A stretch of DNA of 64,000 nucleotides from an uncultured Alphaproteobacteria bacterium (lineage in GTDB: Bacteria; Pseudomonadota; Alphaproteobacteria; HIMB59; GCA-002718135), in assembly GCA_902621165.1 (NCBI GenBank), contig CACNKX010000007.1, forward strand, positions 1,581-65,580, given 5' to 3'. Below the pieces are notes generated by a model. The model saw nothing but the letters and a program-made list of their open reading frames with translations, had not been told where the DNA came from and made no database searches. Each line of letters begins with the position of its first letter. Within the stretch, counting starts at the first letter, position 1. Position numbers and translations under genes: made by a program. Shown one piece after another: positions 42,556-52,910 of the stretch.

Positions 42556-42610
42556 CTAGCACACAGAAAAAACCGGTGTTTTTGTTTCTGTGGAGGTTAA
42601 ACCGGGGAGT
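42556..42610 (+). ncRNA. rpsB leader RNA (S2 autoregulatory element, t44-like)
   Basis: CACAGAAA/TTTCTGTG stem followed by GAGG; loop CCGGT complementary to downstream ACCGG (pseudoknot) next to the SD. Confidence 0.75.
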
Positions 42611-42614
42611 AAAC

Positions 42615-43370
42615 ATGAATTTACCTGAAGTTAAATTAGAAGATCTTCTTGAGTCAGGTGTTCACTTTGGACACAATGTAAGAAGATGGAATCCAAAAAT
42701 GAAAGAATACATATATGGTGTTAGAAATAACATTCATATATTTGATTTAAGAATAACATTAGAATTATTAAATACTGCTCTTACAAAAATACACGAAACT
42801 GTTTCTAAATCTGGAAAAATTCTTTTTGTTGGTACAAAGAAACAATGCTCTGATGTTGTTAGGGATTTAGCAACATTAAATAACAATTTTTATGTCAATA
42901 AAAGATGGCTTGGAGGTACTCTTACAAATTGGAAAACAATTTCAAATTCTATCAAAAGATTAGAGGAAATAGAATTATTTTTAAAAGATAATGAATTATC
43001 AAAAAATTTATCAAAAAAAGAACTATTAGATATCTCAAGAGAAAAACAAAAACTAGATTTGAATATTGGTGGAATCAGGAATTTAAATGGAAAACCTGAT
43101 TTATTAATAGTTTTTGATGTAATAAAGGACAAGATAGCTGTTCGTGAAGCAACAAAACTTAATATTCCTGTTGTAGCTATTGTAGACTCTAATGCTGATC
43201 CTGAAAATATTGATTACATTATACCTGGAAATGATGATGCACTTCGATCCATAAACTTATATAAAAATTATTTTGCTGAGACAATTGAAGACGCAATAAA
43301 CTTTCAAAATCAATCTAATGAAAAAGAAGATAATAAAATTGATGATAATCAAAAAAAGGAAGATAAATAA
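42615..43370 (+). CDS. rpsB: 30S ribosomal protein S2
   Basis: LLESGVHFGH..RWNPKM, RWLGGTLTN, IPGNDDA; start moved to ATG 42615 after GGAG. Confidence 0.97.
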   Translation: MNLPEVKLEDLLESGVHFGHNVRRWNPKMKEYIYGVRNNIHIFDLRITLELLNTALTKIHETVSKSGKILFVGTKKQCSDVVRDLATLNNNFYVNKRWLGGTLTNWKTISNSIKRLEEIELFLKDNELSKNLSKKELLDISREKQKLDLNIGGIRNLNGKPDLLIVFDVIKDKIAVREATKLNIPVVAIVDSNADPENIDYIIPGNDDALRSINLYKNYFAETIEDAINFQNQSNEKEDNKIDDNQKKEDK

Positions 43371-44221
43371 TGCCGAGCTTAACTGAACTAATAAAAGAAT
43401 TGAGAGAAAAAACTGGAGCTGGTTTTTTAGATTGTAAAAAATCTTTAGAGCAGAATAATAATGATATAGATAAATCTATTGAAGAACTTAGGAAAAAAGG
43501 CTTGGCTAAAGCTTCAAAAAAAAGTGATCGTGCAGCAAATGAAGGTGCTGTTGGTATTTATTCAAATAAAGATTTTACTGTATTGCTAAAGGTAAACAGT
43601 GAAACAGATTTTGCAGCCAAAAGTGACACCTTTCTAGATTTCCTAGATAATTTAGGTAAGCTAATTTTAGATTCCAATACTTTTATCAACAAAGATCAGT
43701 TTTTAAATTTAAAATATGAAAATGGAACTGTATTAGATTATTTTAACTCTATGATTGCAAAAATTGGAGAAAATTTAATTTTAAATGAGTTAATAATTAA
43801 AGAAAATAAAAATAACAATCATTCTTTTTATATTCATAATAGTTATAGAAGTAATATTGGGAAGATAATATCTTTGATTGAGTATACAACAGATAAAAAA
43901 AATCAAGAAACTGAAAATTTATCTAAAAATTTATGTATGCACATAGCAGCAATGAAACCTGAATCCTTAGATATTGCAGATCTTGACAAAACTTTAGTAA
44001 GTAAAGAAGAGAAAATTCAAAGAGAATTAATATTAAATTCTGGCAAACCATCGAATATAGTAGATAAAATATTAGATGGCAAAATGAAAAAATTTTATAG
44101 TGAAGTTACCTTATTAAATCAATCCTATATATTAGATCAAGATAAAACAATTAGAAGCATACTAGAAGATTTTTCTTCGATAAACTATAAGATTAACTCT
44201 TTTGATTTAATAAGCTTATAG
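43370..44221 (+). CDS. tsf: Elongation factor Ts
   Basis: [27 protein letters not shown]. Confidence 0.96.
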   Translation: MPSLTELIKELREKTGAGFLDCKKSLEQNNNDIDKSIEELRKKGLAKASKKSDRAANEGAVGIYSNKDFTVLLKVNSETDFAAKSDTFLDFLDNLGKLILDSNTFINKDQFLNLKYENGTVLDYFNSMIAKIGENLILNELIIKENKNNNHSFYIHNSYRSNIGKIISLIEYTTDKKNQETENLSKNLCMHIAAMKPESLDIADLDKTLVSKEEKIQRELILNSGKPSNIVDKILDGKMKKFYSEVTLLNQSYILDQDKTIRSILEDFSSINYKINSFDLISL

Positions 44222-44222
44222 A

Positions 44223-44924
44223 ATGTATAAAAGAATTTTACTTAAGATATCTGGTGAGTCTTTAATGGGTTCTTCAAACTATGGTATAGATGTTTCAACA
44301 ATCAATAAGATATCAAATGAAATTAAAAATGTTTATAAAAAAAAATATCAAATTTGTTTAATTATTGGTGGTGGTAATATTTTTAGAGGAATAAAAGGTG
44401 CCTCTGAAGGTATCGACAGATCAACTTCTGATTATATGGGAATGTTAGCTACTGTAATGAATGCATTATCATTGCAAAGTAGTTTAGAAAAGATAAATGT
44501 TCCAACTAGAGTTCAATCTGCGATTACTATGTCTCAAATTGCTGAACCCTATATTAGAAGAAGAGCCATAAGGCATTTAGAAAAAAATAGAATAGTTATT
44601 TTTGCAGCAGGAACAGGCAACCCTTTTTTTTCAACTGATACAGCAGCAACTTTAAGAGCATCTGAACTTGATTGTAAATTAATTATTAAAGCTACTAAGG
44701 TAAATGGAATTTATAACAAAGATCCTATAAAATACAAAAATGCTAAATTAATTAAAAACATTTCATATAATGAAGTTATAAACAATAATCTTCAAGTTAT
44801 GGATTTAACTGCTATTAGTTTAGCAAAAGACACAGGTATTCCCATTTTTATAACAAATATATTTAAAAAAGACTCTCTAATTAATGTTTTGAATCGAAAA
44901 GGATCATATAGTAAAATAAGTTAA
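44223..44924 (+). CDS. pyrH: UMP kinase
   Basis: [31 protein letters not shown]. Confidence 0.97.
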   Translation: MYKRILLKISGESLMGSSNYGIDVSTINKISNEIKNVYKKKYQICLIIGGGNIFRGIKGASEGIDRSTSDYMGMLATVMNALSLQSSLEKINVPTRVQSAITMSQIAEPYIRRRAIRHLEKNRIVIFAAGTGNPFFSTDTAATLRASELDCKLIIKATKVNGIYNKDPIKYKNAKLIKNISYNEVINNNLQVMDLTAISLAKDTGIPIFITNIFKKDSLINVLNRKGSYSKIS

Positions 44925-44925
44925 T

Positions 44926-45468
44926 ATGACAGATCTTGACAGTAAAATGAGTTCTGCTGTTTTACACTTCGAAAAGGAGTTAAATTCTTTAAGAACATCT
45001 AGAGCCAATCCTTCAATGCTCGATAACATTTTTGCTGAAGCTTATGGTTCAAAGACACCTTTAAATCAATTAGGAAATATTTCAGTTCAAGATGCAAGTA
45101 CTATAACAATTCAAGTATGGGATACATCGCTAATCAAGTCAGTTGAAAGCGCAATAACTGAGTCAAACTTGGGAATAAATCCTCAAACTGATGGTCAACT
45201 TATACGACTTCCAATACCAAAACTAAGTGAAGAAAGAAGAAAAGAAATAATCAAAATTGCATCTGAATTTGCAGAAAATTCAAAAGTTACTATAAGAAAT
45301 ATAAGAAGAGATTTTATTGAAATTTCAAAAAATGAAAAAAAGTCTTCTAACTTGTCTGAAGATGATTTGAAAAGAAAAATTAATGAAATACAAAAAATTA
45401 CAGATACTAACATTGATAAAATTGACAAAATATTAGAAACAAAAAAAGTCGATATTTTGAAAGTATAA
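44926..45468 (+). CDS. frr: Ribosome recycling factor
   Basis: LRTSRANP, LGINP, P.LSEERR, IRNIRR. Confidence 0.96.
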   Translation: MTDLDSKMSSAVLHFEKELNSLRTSRANPSMLDNIFAEAYGSKTPLNQLGNISVQDASTITIQVWDTSLIKSVESAITESNLGINPQTDGQLIRLPIPKLSEERRKEIIKIASEFAENSKVTIRNIRRDFIEISKNEKKSSNLSEDDLKRKINEIQKITDTNIDKIDKILETKKVDILKV

Positions 45469-45470
45469 GT

Positions 45471-46154
45471 TTGTATAATAACTTAGACCATATAGCTCTA
45501 ATACTTGATGGTAACAAAAGATGGGCAAGGAAAAATAAAAAAACAAATTTTGTCGGATATTCAACAGGTTTTGAAAATATAAAAAATATAGTTAGATATT
45601 CACAAAATTTAGAGATTTCTTATGTAACTTTATTTGCTTTATCTTCAGAAAATTTCAATAGATCTTCTATTAATACTATCTATAAAATTATATATGATAA
45701 TTTTTCTAGAATATTTGATGATTTAGTTCAAGAAAAAGGAGTCAAAATTAAAATATTTGGATCAAGGAAAAATTTACCAAAAAAAATAATAGATATTTTT
45801 AATAATATAGAACGTCTATCTATAAATAATAATAAATTAAATTTAAATATTGCATTTAATTATGGTTTTAAAAATGAAATCAAAAATATTTTAAATAAAA
45901 TTAAATCTGATAAATTAATTATAAATTTAGATAGTGATCAAGCAATTAATAAATTATTTAATTTAGGTGAATTCCCTGATCCAGATCTATTAATAAGAAC
46001 TGGAGGCTATCAAAGATTAAGTAATTTTATTATGTATAATCTAACTTACTCAGAGCTTTTTTTTACAGATACTCTTTGGCCTGATTTTTCTGAAAAAGAA
46101 TTTAAATCAATAATCGAAAAATACTTAAATATTAATAGAAAATATGGTTTATAA
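45471..46154 (+). CDS. uppS: Undecaprenyl diphosphate synthase
   Basis: ILDGNKRWA, SSEN, PDLLIRTGG.QRLSNF, LWPDF; TTG start. Confidence 0.93.
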   Translation: MYNNLDHIALILDGNKRWARKNKKTNFVGYSTGFENIKNIVRYSQNLEISYVTLFALSSENFNRSSINTIYKIIYDNFSRIFDDLVQEKGVKIKIFGSRKNLPKKIIDIFNNIERLSINNNKLNLNIAFNYGFKNEIKNILNKIKSDKLIINLDSDQAINKLFNLGEFPDPDLLIRTGGYQRLSNFIMYNLTYSELFFTDTLWPDFSEKEFKSIIEKYLNINRKYGL

Positions 46155-46767
46155 TAATTTTATTTTAAGGTTATTATTTTCATTTTTATTTATTTTTATA
46201 TATTTATTTATATCACTCATTAACTTTGGATTAGTATATTATTTAATACTTGCTGTTTATATTTTAGTTTTGTTTGAGATTTATCTTTATTTTAAAAAAT
46301 TTAAACTTGTACCTATGATTTATATTATTATATCTTTATTATTTTTTATTAATATTGATTTTAGTATAACAAATTATTATTATTTTAATTTATTTATTTG
46401 CATTGTTATTCTATTTGATATCTTTTGTTATATTATTGGAAGAACATTTGGTAAAAAAAAATTAATCAAAATTAGCCCAAATAAAACCTTTGAAGGTTTT
46501 ATAGGTGGGTTTATAATCTCTTTCTTATTAAGTTTTTTAATTGCATTCATATTTAATTTTAATATCGATGTACATTTGTCAGTTTTTATAATTTTATCTA
46601 TTGGATTTGCTTTTATAGGTGATTTGATTGAATCTTTTTTTAAAAGAAAAAATAATCTAAAAGATTCCAGTGATCTTATTCCAGGACACGGAGGAGTCTT
46701 TGATAGATTTGATAGTTTTTTGTTTGCAATTATTTTTTATTCTGTATTTATTACTTTTTTAAAATGA
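46144..46767 (+). CDS. cdsA: Phosphatidate cytidylyltransferase
   Basis: ISPNKTFEG, GDLIES.FKR, KDS..LIPGHGGVFDRFDS. Confidence 0.94.
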   Translation: MVYNNFILRLLFSFLFIFIYLFISLINFGLVYYLILAVYILVLFEIYLYFKKFKLVPMIYIIISLLFFINIDFSITNYYYFNLFICIVILFDIFCYIIGRTFGKKKLIKISPNKTFEGFIGGFIISFLLSFLIAFIFNFNIDVHLSVFIILSIGFAFIGDLIESFFKRKNNLKDSSDLIPGHGGVFDRFDSFLFAIIFYSVFITFLK

Positions 46768-47909
46768 ATATAAATATTTATGGCAGTACTGGAGTAATTG
46801 GCAGAAAAACATTAGAATTAATTGATAAAAATTTTCCAAATATAAAGATTAATCTTCTTTGTGCTAAATCCAACTTTAAATTATTAAAAAAACAAATTCA
46901 TAAATATAATCCTAAATATGCTTTTCTATATGACATTGATAAATTTAAAATCTCAAAATTTAAAATAGGTAAAACAAAAATTCTTAATTTTAGTGAATTA
47001 ATTTCATATTTATCATCAAGTAAGTCCAATTTAAGTATATTGGCAATATCTGGTTATAAATCTTTATATTTTTTAGATAAAATAATTAAAAATACTGATA
47101 ACTTAGGTTTAGCTAATAAGGAATCAATTGTTTCTGCAGGCCATATATTCAAAAGTAAAAAATACTTTAAATTAACTAATATATTTCCATTAGATTCTGA
47201 ACATTTCTCACTTTTTGATTTTTTTAATAAATCAAATAAACATATTCTTTACAGTAAAATAATTTTAACTGCTTCAGGAGGTCCATTTTTAAATAAAAAA
47301 TATACTTCTCTTAAAAATATTACTTTTACAGAGGCAATTAAACACCCAAAATGGAAAATGGGTTATAAAAACAGCATTGACTCAGCTACATTGGTAAATA
47401 AATGTTTAGAATTAATCGAGGCTCATTATTTATTTGATGTTCCCTACAGTAATTTAGATATACTTATCCATCCAGAAGCCCAAGTTCATTCTATAGTAGA
47501 ATATCCAAATTATGTAAGCCATTTCAATTTATTTAAAAATGATATGAAAATTCCAATATTTAATTTCTTAGTAAACTCAAAAACCAATTATAGGGAAAAT
47601 AATAATTTTAATATTCACAGTTATAACAATTTAAATTTCGAGAAGGTAAGCGATAAAATTTTTCCAATTTATAAACTATTTAACAACCTTGATAAAAAAA
47701 ATCCACAAAATATAATCAAATTTAATATAGGCAATGAATATGCTGTGAATTTATTCAAAAATAAAATTATTGCATATACAGATATTTACAAAATAATTAA
47801 AAAAGTAACATCTTTAAATTTGTATTCTTCTGTAAACACTATTAAAGATATACTAAATTACCATGAAGAACTCGAAAATAAACTTAAAGAACTTAAAAAT
47901 ATTAATTAG
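46764..47909 (+). CDS. dxr: 1-deoxy-D-xylulose-5-phosphate reductoisomerase
   Basis: GSTGVIG, LANKES, PLDSEH, TASGGPF, HPKWKMG. Confidence 0.93.
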   Translation: MNINIYGSTGVIGRKTLELIDKNFPNIKINLLCAKSNFKLLKKQIHKYNPKYAFLYDIDKFKISKFKIGKTKILNFSELISYLSSSKSNLSILAISGYKSLYFLDKIIKNTDNLGLANKESIVSAGHIFKSKKYFKLTNIFPLDSEHFSLFDFFNKSNKHILYSKIILTASGGPFLNKKYTSLKNITFTEAIKHPKWKMGYKNSIDSATLVNKCLELIEAHYLFDVPYSNLDILIHPEAQVHSIVEYPNYVSHFNLFKNDMKIPIFNFLVNSKTNYRENNNFNIHSYNNLNFEKVSDKIFPIYKLFNNLDKKNPQNIIKFNIGNEYAVNLFKNKIIAYTDIYKIIKKVTSLNLYSSVNTIKDILNYHEELENKLKELKNIN

Positions 47910-50130
47910 TTTTTTATTTATTTTTTTTGTCTCTTATTCAATAAATGCTAATGATAATTTATTTGAGATTAAAGGAAATAATTTTACTGATACAAATGTA
48001 ATTTTATCTTTACTAAAAGATATCCCAGAAAATTTAGATGAAGAATATAGTAATGAGATAATAAAAATTCTAAATACTTCTAACCTTTTTTCTGAATTAA
48101 GTGTTAAATTTATTGATAATAAATATATTATAATTGTAAAAGAATTTCCAAATATTGATAAATTATATTTTAAAAACAATGAAAGATTAGATGATGAAGA
48201 GTTACAGGCTATCGCTTTTCAAAGTAATCTTATAACTTTTAATTTACAATCAATTAACCAATTTATTAATGATACTAAGCAATTGTACGAGTCATTTGGC
48301 TATAATGACGTTCAAATTCAATATTCAGAAAAAATATATAAGGATACAAATACAGTTGATTTATATTTTGAAATTGAAGAAGGAAAAATAACAAAAATAA
48401 AGAATATTTTTATTAATGGTAATAACTACATATTAGCACAAGATATACGTGAAATAATTAAATCAAAAACAAAAACAATAAAAAATATATTTGCTAATAA
48501 TAATTATAAGCCTGCGACTGTAGAAAAAGACAAAATTATAATTAAAAATTATTACAAAAACAATGGCTACTTAAATGCTAATGTAGACACAAAGATTGAA
48601 TATTTAAAAACTAATGAAGTAAATATTTATTTTAATATTACAGAAGGAGATATTTATTTACTATCATCAATAACTTTTAATGATCAAAATAATTTACTAA
48701 ATACTCAATCTAGAGATTTAGTTCAGAAAAAAATTGATAACTTTTTAATTGAAAAAAATTATTTTTCTCCTCAAAAAATTAGGATATTAAAAGATGAAAT
48801 ATCTTCAATAATTTTAGATAATGATATTGAATTTTTTGAAATTAATATTTCTGATAAAGTTGATAAAAAAAATGTTGAAATATTTTTTGAAATTTTATCA
48901 ATTAAACCAAAATATACGAAACAAATTAATATCATTGGAAATTCAAGAACTTATGACAGAATTATTAGAAGAGAGTTAGATATTATTGAAGGTGATGCAG
49001 TATATAAAACTCAATTACAAAATATTAGGGAAAAGCTTATATCTTTAAATTTATTTGAATCAGTAAAAGTAAAAGAAGAAATTATTGATGAAGAAAATGT
49101 TAATATAATTATTGAAGTTGAAGAAAAGCAAACAGGCACATTTAATGCAGGTATTTCTGTTGGAACGATTGATGGATTTGCAATAGTTACTGGACTAAGA
49201 GAAAGAAATTTCTACGGTACTGGTAGATCAGTAGATGTATTGATTAATACATCAGAGGATAGAAGCCAATTCAAATTTATAACTACTGATAGATTATCTT
49301 ATGAAAATGAAGCGGATATTAGTTATAGCATAAATTACAAAGAGGAAGATTTTTCAAAAGCAAGTTCATATAATTTAGATACATTCTCTTCAGGTATAGG
49401 GGTAGGATATAAACTTAACAAAAATATTTTTCATAATATTGATTTAGAATATGTTTTAAAAGATTACCAGATAACTAATTCATCCACTGTTTCTAATTCT
49501 ATTTTAAACTCATCAGGAGTTAGTATGAGTTATCTTATAAAAAATAACTTAAGGTACTCAACTCTAAATCCAGGATTTATTTCAAAAAGTGGAAATTTTA
49601 TTAATTTTAATAATACAATTGAAACTCCAACAAGTTCTAGTAATGGTTTTGTAAGGAATATTATTACGCTTAAAAAATTTACTGGTATTAATAATAATAT
49701 TCTTTCAATCCAAACTAAAATTGGAAATATATTTTCCCTGAACAATAAAGATATCTTAACTGATAATAAATTTGCACTCGGTGGAAGATGGTTAAGAGGG
49801 TTTGATAGTTATGGTGCTGGTCCAAGAAATTCAAGAACTTCATATGTGGGTGGCAATAATCTTGTAGTAACAAAATTTGATTATTCATACGAACTTTCAA
49901 AAAATTCTAACTTTCCAATTTATTTCAATTTGTTTAATGATTATGGATTATTATGGGAAAATAAAACTTCACCAACAAATAGTGATAACAGCCTTAGATC
50001 ATCAGCAGGCTTTGGAGTCAAATATTATTCACCTATAGGACCAATAGGTTTAACTTGGGGATTTCCAATTATGCATGAAGAGTATGATATTAAACGAATG
50101 TTTTTATTTTCTATAGGTAATATAGATTGA
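47863..50130 (+). CDS. bamA: Outer membrane protein assembly factor BamA
   Basis: Signal peptide, POTRA repeats (GNSRT..IIRRE), ERNFYGTG, LRGF loop 6, YSPIGPI. Confidence 0.92.
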   Translation: MKNSKINLKNLKILISFLFIFFVSYSINANDNLFEIKGNNFTDTNVILSLLKDIPENLDEEYSNEIIKILNTSNLFSELSVKFIDNKYIIIVKEFPNIDKLYFKNNERLDDEELQAIAFQSNLITFNLQSINQFINDTKQLYESFGYNDVQIQYSEKIYKDTNTVDLYFEIEEGKITKIKNIFINGNNYILAQDIREIIKSKTKTIKNIFANNNYKPATVEKDKIIIKNYYKNNGYLNANVDTKIEYLKTNEVNIYFNITEGDIYLLSSITFNDQNNLLNTQSRDLVQKKIDNFLIEKNYFSPQKIRILKDEISSIILDNDIEFFEINISDKVDKKNVEIFFEILSIKPKYTKQINIIGNSRTYDRIIRRELDIIEGDAVYKTQLQNIREKLISLNLFESVKVKEEIIDEENVNIIIEVEEKQTGTFNAGISVGTIDGFAIVTGLRERNFYGTGRSVDVLINTSEDRSQFKFITTDRLSYENEADISYSINYKEEDFSKASSYNLDTFSSGIGVGYKLNKNIFHNIDLEYVLKDYQITNSSTVSNSILNSSGVSMSYLIKNNLRYSTLNPGFISKSGNFINFNNTIETPTSSSNGFVRNIITLKKFTGINNNILSIQTKIGNIFSLNNKDILTDNKFALGGRWLRGFDSYGAGPRNSRTSYVGGNNLVVTKFDYSYELSKNSNFPIYFNLFNDYGLLWENKTSPTNSDNSLRSSAGFGVKYYSPIGPIGLTWGFPIMHEEYDIKRMFLFSIGNID

Positions 50131-50660
50131 GATTTATTTATTTAATAATTTTTTTAACTGTAAATGTTTTTTCATCAGGTGTTGTTTCACAAACCATAGC
50201 AATAGTAGATGTTCAGTCATTAATAGATAATAATGAAATTTATATAAAAACAGTAAAAGAAATTGAAAATAACCAAGAAAAATACTTTGAAAAATTCAGC
50301 AAACAAGAAAAAAATTTAGAAGAAATGTTTCTTGAAATAGAAAATTCAAAATTAATATTGAATGAGACTGAATTAAATCAAAAAATTGAAATATATAACA
50401 ATCAATTGATGGATTTCACAAATCTCCTTGATGATTTCAACACTCATTATCAAAACCAAATAATTATTATTAGGGAGATTATTTTAAAAGAAATCATTAT
50501 TTTACTTGAGGAATATGCAATAAATAATAATATTGATTTAATTTTAGATACAACTAGTTATTTAATTGCGTCTAATTCTTTAGATATTACAAAAAAAATA
50601 AATAAAGATTTAATGCAATTACAAATAGAAATGGATTTTAAAGATTTTGAAAAAAATTAA
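50127..50660 (+). CDS. skp: OmpH/Skp periplasmic chaperone
   Basis: Signal peptide, IAIVD, coiled coil, DLILD...DIT; TTG start overlapping the bamA stop. Confidence 0.85.
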   Translation: MRFIYLIIFLTVNVFSSGVVSQTIAIVDVQSLIDNNEIYIKTVKEIENNQEKYFEKFSKQEKNLEEMFLEIENSKLILNETELNQKIEIYNNQLMDFTNLLDDFNTHYQNQIIIIREIILKEIIILLEEYAINNNIDLILDTTSYLIASNSLDITKKINKDLMQLQIEMDFKDFEKN

Positions 50661-51633
50661 ATATAAAGAAATAAAAGATTTATTAAATAAAAATTCTTTA
50701 GAAGCAATTTCAAATATTTCAGATGATGAAATTTTTTTGAGTATAAAAACTATCTTAAACGCATCAGATAAAGATTTATCGTTTTTTTCAAATGTGAGAT
50801 ATTTAAATGATTTAAAAAACATAAAAGCAAAAGCTTGTTTAATCGAAAATAAATTTAAAGATCATCTTCCTAGAAATTGTGAACCAATAATTGTAAGTGA
50901 TCCTTATTTGGCTTTAGCTTTAATTAGTAGCTTACAGAAAAATGATACTTTAAAGTCAAATGGTAAAATATCTAGTAATGCAATCGTAAATTCACAAAGT
51001 CATATTCATAAAAATGTACAAATAAATCCATTTTCAGTAATTAATGAGGAAACTGAAATTTTTGAAAATGTAGTTATAGGCTCTGGTTCAAGTATTGGCC
51101 CAAATGTAATAATAAATAAAAATGTAGTTATTTATGATAATGTAACAATCTCAAATTCAATAATCATGGAAAACTGTGTTATTAAATCAGGTGCCAGAAT
51201 TGGCGGGACTGGTTTTGGTTTTGAAATGAAAACAAAACAAAAGATACATCATAGTGGTAACGTAATTATAGGAAAACATTCTTCTATCGGCTCTAATACG
51301 ACAATAGATAGAGCTGTTTTTGACTCAACAATTATTGGAGAATATTCTAACATTGATAATTTAGTACAAATAGCTCATAATGTTTGTATAGGAGATTTTG
51401 CTGTTATTGCATCCCAGGTTGGCGTAGCAGGAAGTACACATATAGGAAAGAATATTAAAATTGGAGGTCAAGCAGGCATATCTGGCCATTTAGTTATAGG
51501 AGATAATGTTACAATAGCTGCGAAAAGTGGTGTGACAAAAAATATATCCGACAATAATGTAGTGGCTGGTTTTCCAGCAAAAGATATTAATTTATGGAAA
51601 AAAGAGGTAATAAGAAATAGTTTAAGAAAATGA
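50647..51633 (+). CDS. lpxD: UDP-3-O-acyl-glucosamine N-acyltransferase
   Basis: DPY, hexapeptide repeats, GFGF, NTTIDR, DNLVQIAHNV; TTG start. Confidence 0.94.
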   Translation: MKKIKYKEIKDLLNKNSLEAISNISDDEIFLSIKTILNASDKDLSFFSNVRYLNDLKNIKAKACLIENKFKDHLPRNCEPIIVSDPYLALALISSLQKNDTLKSNGKISSNAIVNSQSHIHKNVQINPFSVINEETEIFENVVIGSGSSIGPNVIINKNVVIYDNVTISNSIIMENCVIKSGARIGGTGFGFEMKTKQKIHHSGNVIIGKHSSIGSNTTIDRAVFDSTIIGEYSNIDNLVQIAHNVCIGDFAVIASQVGVAGSTHIGKNIKIGGQAGISGHLVIGDNVTIAAKSGVTKNISDNNVVAGFPAKDINLWKKEVIRNSLRK

Positions 51634-52064
51634 AATTAGACATTGAAGAAATAAAAAAGTTAATACCTCATAGAGATCCTTTTTTATTTGTAGATACTTG
51701 TGAGATAATAACACCAGGTGAACATGGAAAGTCTGGTAAAATTTTTTCAAATGATGAATATTTTTTTAAAGGACATTTCCCAAATAATCCAATTGTACCT
51801 GGTGTAATTATAGTCGAAGCAATGGCACAGACAGCTGGTATTGTTGTTTCATACAAACTTAGAGATTTTGATGAAAAATCAGTGTTATTTATGAGTGTAA
51901 ATAGAGCAAAATTTAGAAAACCAATTCTTCCAAATGAAAATGTATCATTTGAAGTAAAATTTATTAATAGTGTTAGAGATGTTTATAAATTTGAAGGTAC
52001 TTGTTATAAAGGAGATGTAAAAGTAAGTGAAGCTGAGTTTTCAGCTATGATTACTTATAAGTAA
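51630..52064 (+). CDS. fabZ: 3-hydroxyacyl-ACP dehydratase
   Basis: IPHRDPFLFVD, GHFP..PIVPGV..EAMAQ. Confidence 0.96.
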   Translation: MKLDIEEIKKLIPHRDPFLFVDTCEIITPGEHGKSGKIFSNDEYFFKGHFPNNPIVPGVIIVEAMAQTAGIVVSYKLRDFDEKSVLFMSVNRAKFRKPILPNENVSFEVKFINSVRDVYKFEGTCYKGDVKVSEAEFSAMITYK

Positions 52065-52124
52065 TAATCAGAAATATATTATTTATTTTAAGATACATTT
52101 TCATAATTTAATAGAGTTATAGAT

Positions 52125-52910
52125 ATGATCCATCCATCAGCTGTTATTGCAAAAAATGCAGAAATTCATGAAACAACACATATTGGCCCTTTCTGTATCA
52201 TTGGGGATGGGGTTAAACTTGGTGAAAATAATAATTTAATTTCCCATGTTTCTATCGTTGGAGATACAATTATAGAAAATAGTAACACTTTTTATCCATT
52301 TTGTTCAATTGGTTCGGAACCTCAAGATTTAAAATATAATAAAGAAAAATCGTATCTAAAAATTGGCAGTAACAATAAATTTAGAGAAAATGTTACAGTA
52401 AATCCAGGGACATCTGGAGGGGGATTAAATACAATAATATCTAATAATTGTCTATTTATGGTAGGTTCGCACGTAGCTCATGATTGTATTATTAAATCAA
52501 ATGTTATTTTAGCCAATAATGCTACTCTTGCAGGACATGTAGAAATTGATCATAATGCAATTTTAGGAGGTAATTCAGCTATTCATCAATTTGTTAGAAT
52601 AGGAAAATATGCAATGATTGGAGGTATGAGTGGTGTTGAAAAAGATATCATTCCATATGGTTTGTATACAGGAATAAGAGAAAATTTGAAAAGCTTAAAC
52701 CTTATTGGTTTAAAAAGAAAAGGCTTAACATCTAATGCAATCAATGAAATTAAAAATCTTATAAATATAATTTTTGATAAAAATGATACAATTGAAAATA
52801 ATATTAAAAATAATTTTGTTGAAAGTTCTAAAATTTTAGAAATTAAGGAAATAATTGAATTTCTGAATTCAGATTCAAAAAGAGGTATTACCACTTTTGA
52901 AAATGACTAA
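52125..52910 (+). CDS. lpxA: UDP-N-acetylglucosamine acyltransferase
   Basis: IHPSA, PQDLKY, HVAHDC, LAGHV, HQFVRIG, NLIGLKR. Confidence 0.96.
   Translation: MIHPSAVIAKNAEIHETTHIGPFCIIGDGVKLGENNNLISHVSIVGDTIIENSNTFYPFCSIGSEPQDLKYNKEKSYLKIGSNNKFRENVTVNPGTSGGGLNTIISNNCLFMVGSHVAHDCIIKSNVILANNATLAGHVEIDHNAILGGNSAIHQFVRIGKYAMIGGMSGVEKDIIPYGLYTGIRENLKSLNLIGLKRKGLTSNAINEIKNLINIIFDKNDTIENNIKNNFVESSKILEIKEIIEFLNSDSKRGITTFEND

Noticed and set aside
46764-47909. dxr as a pseudogene because of motif drift (GSTGVIG, HPEAQVHS)
   Set aside because: Full-length ORF with the DSEH, ANKE, HPxWxMG and NE catalytic residues intact
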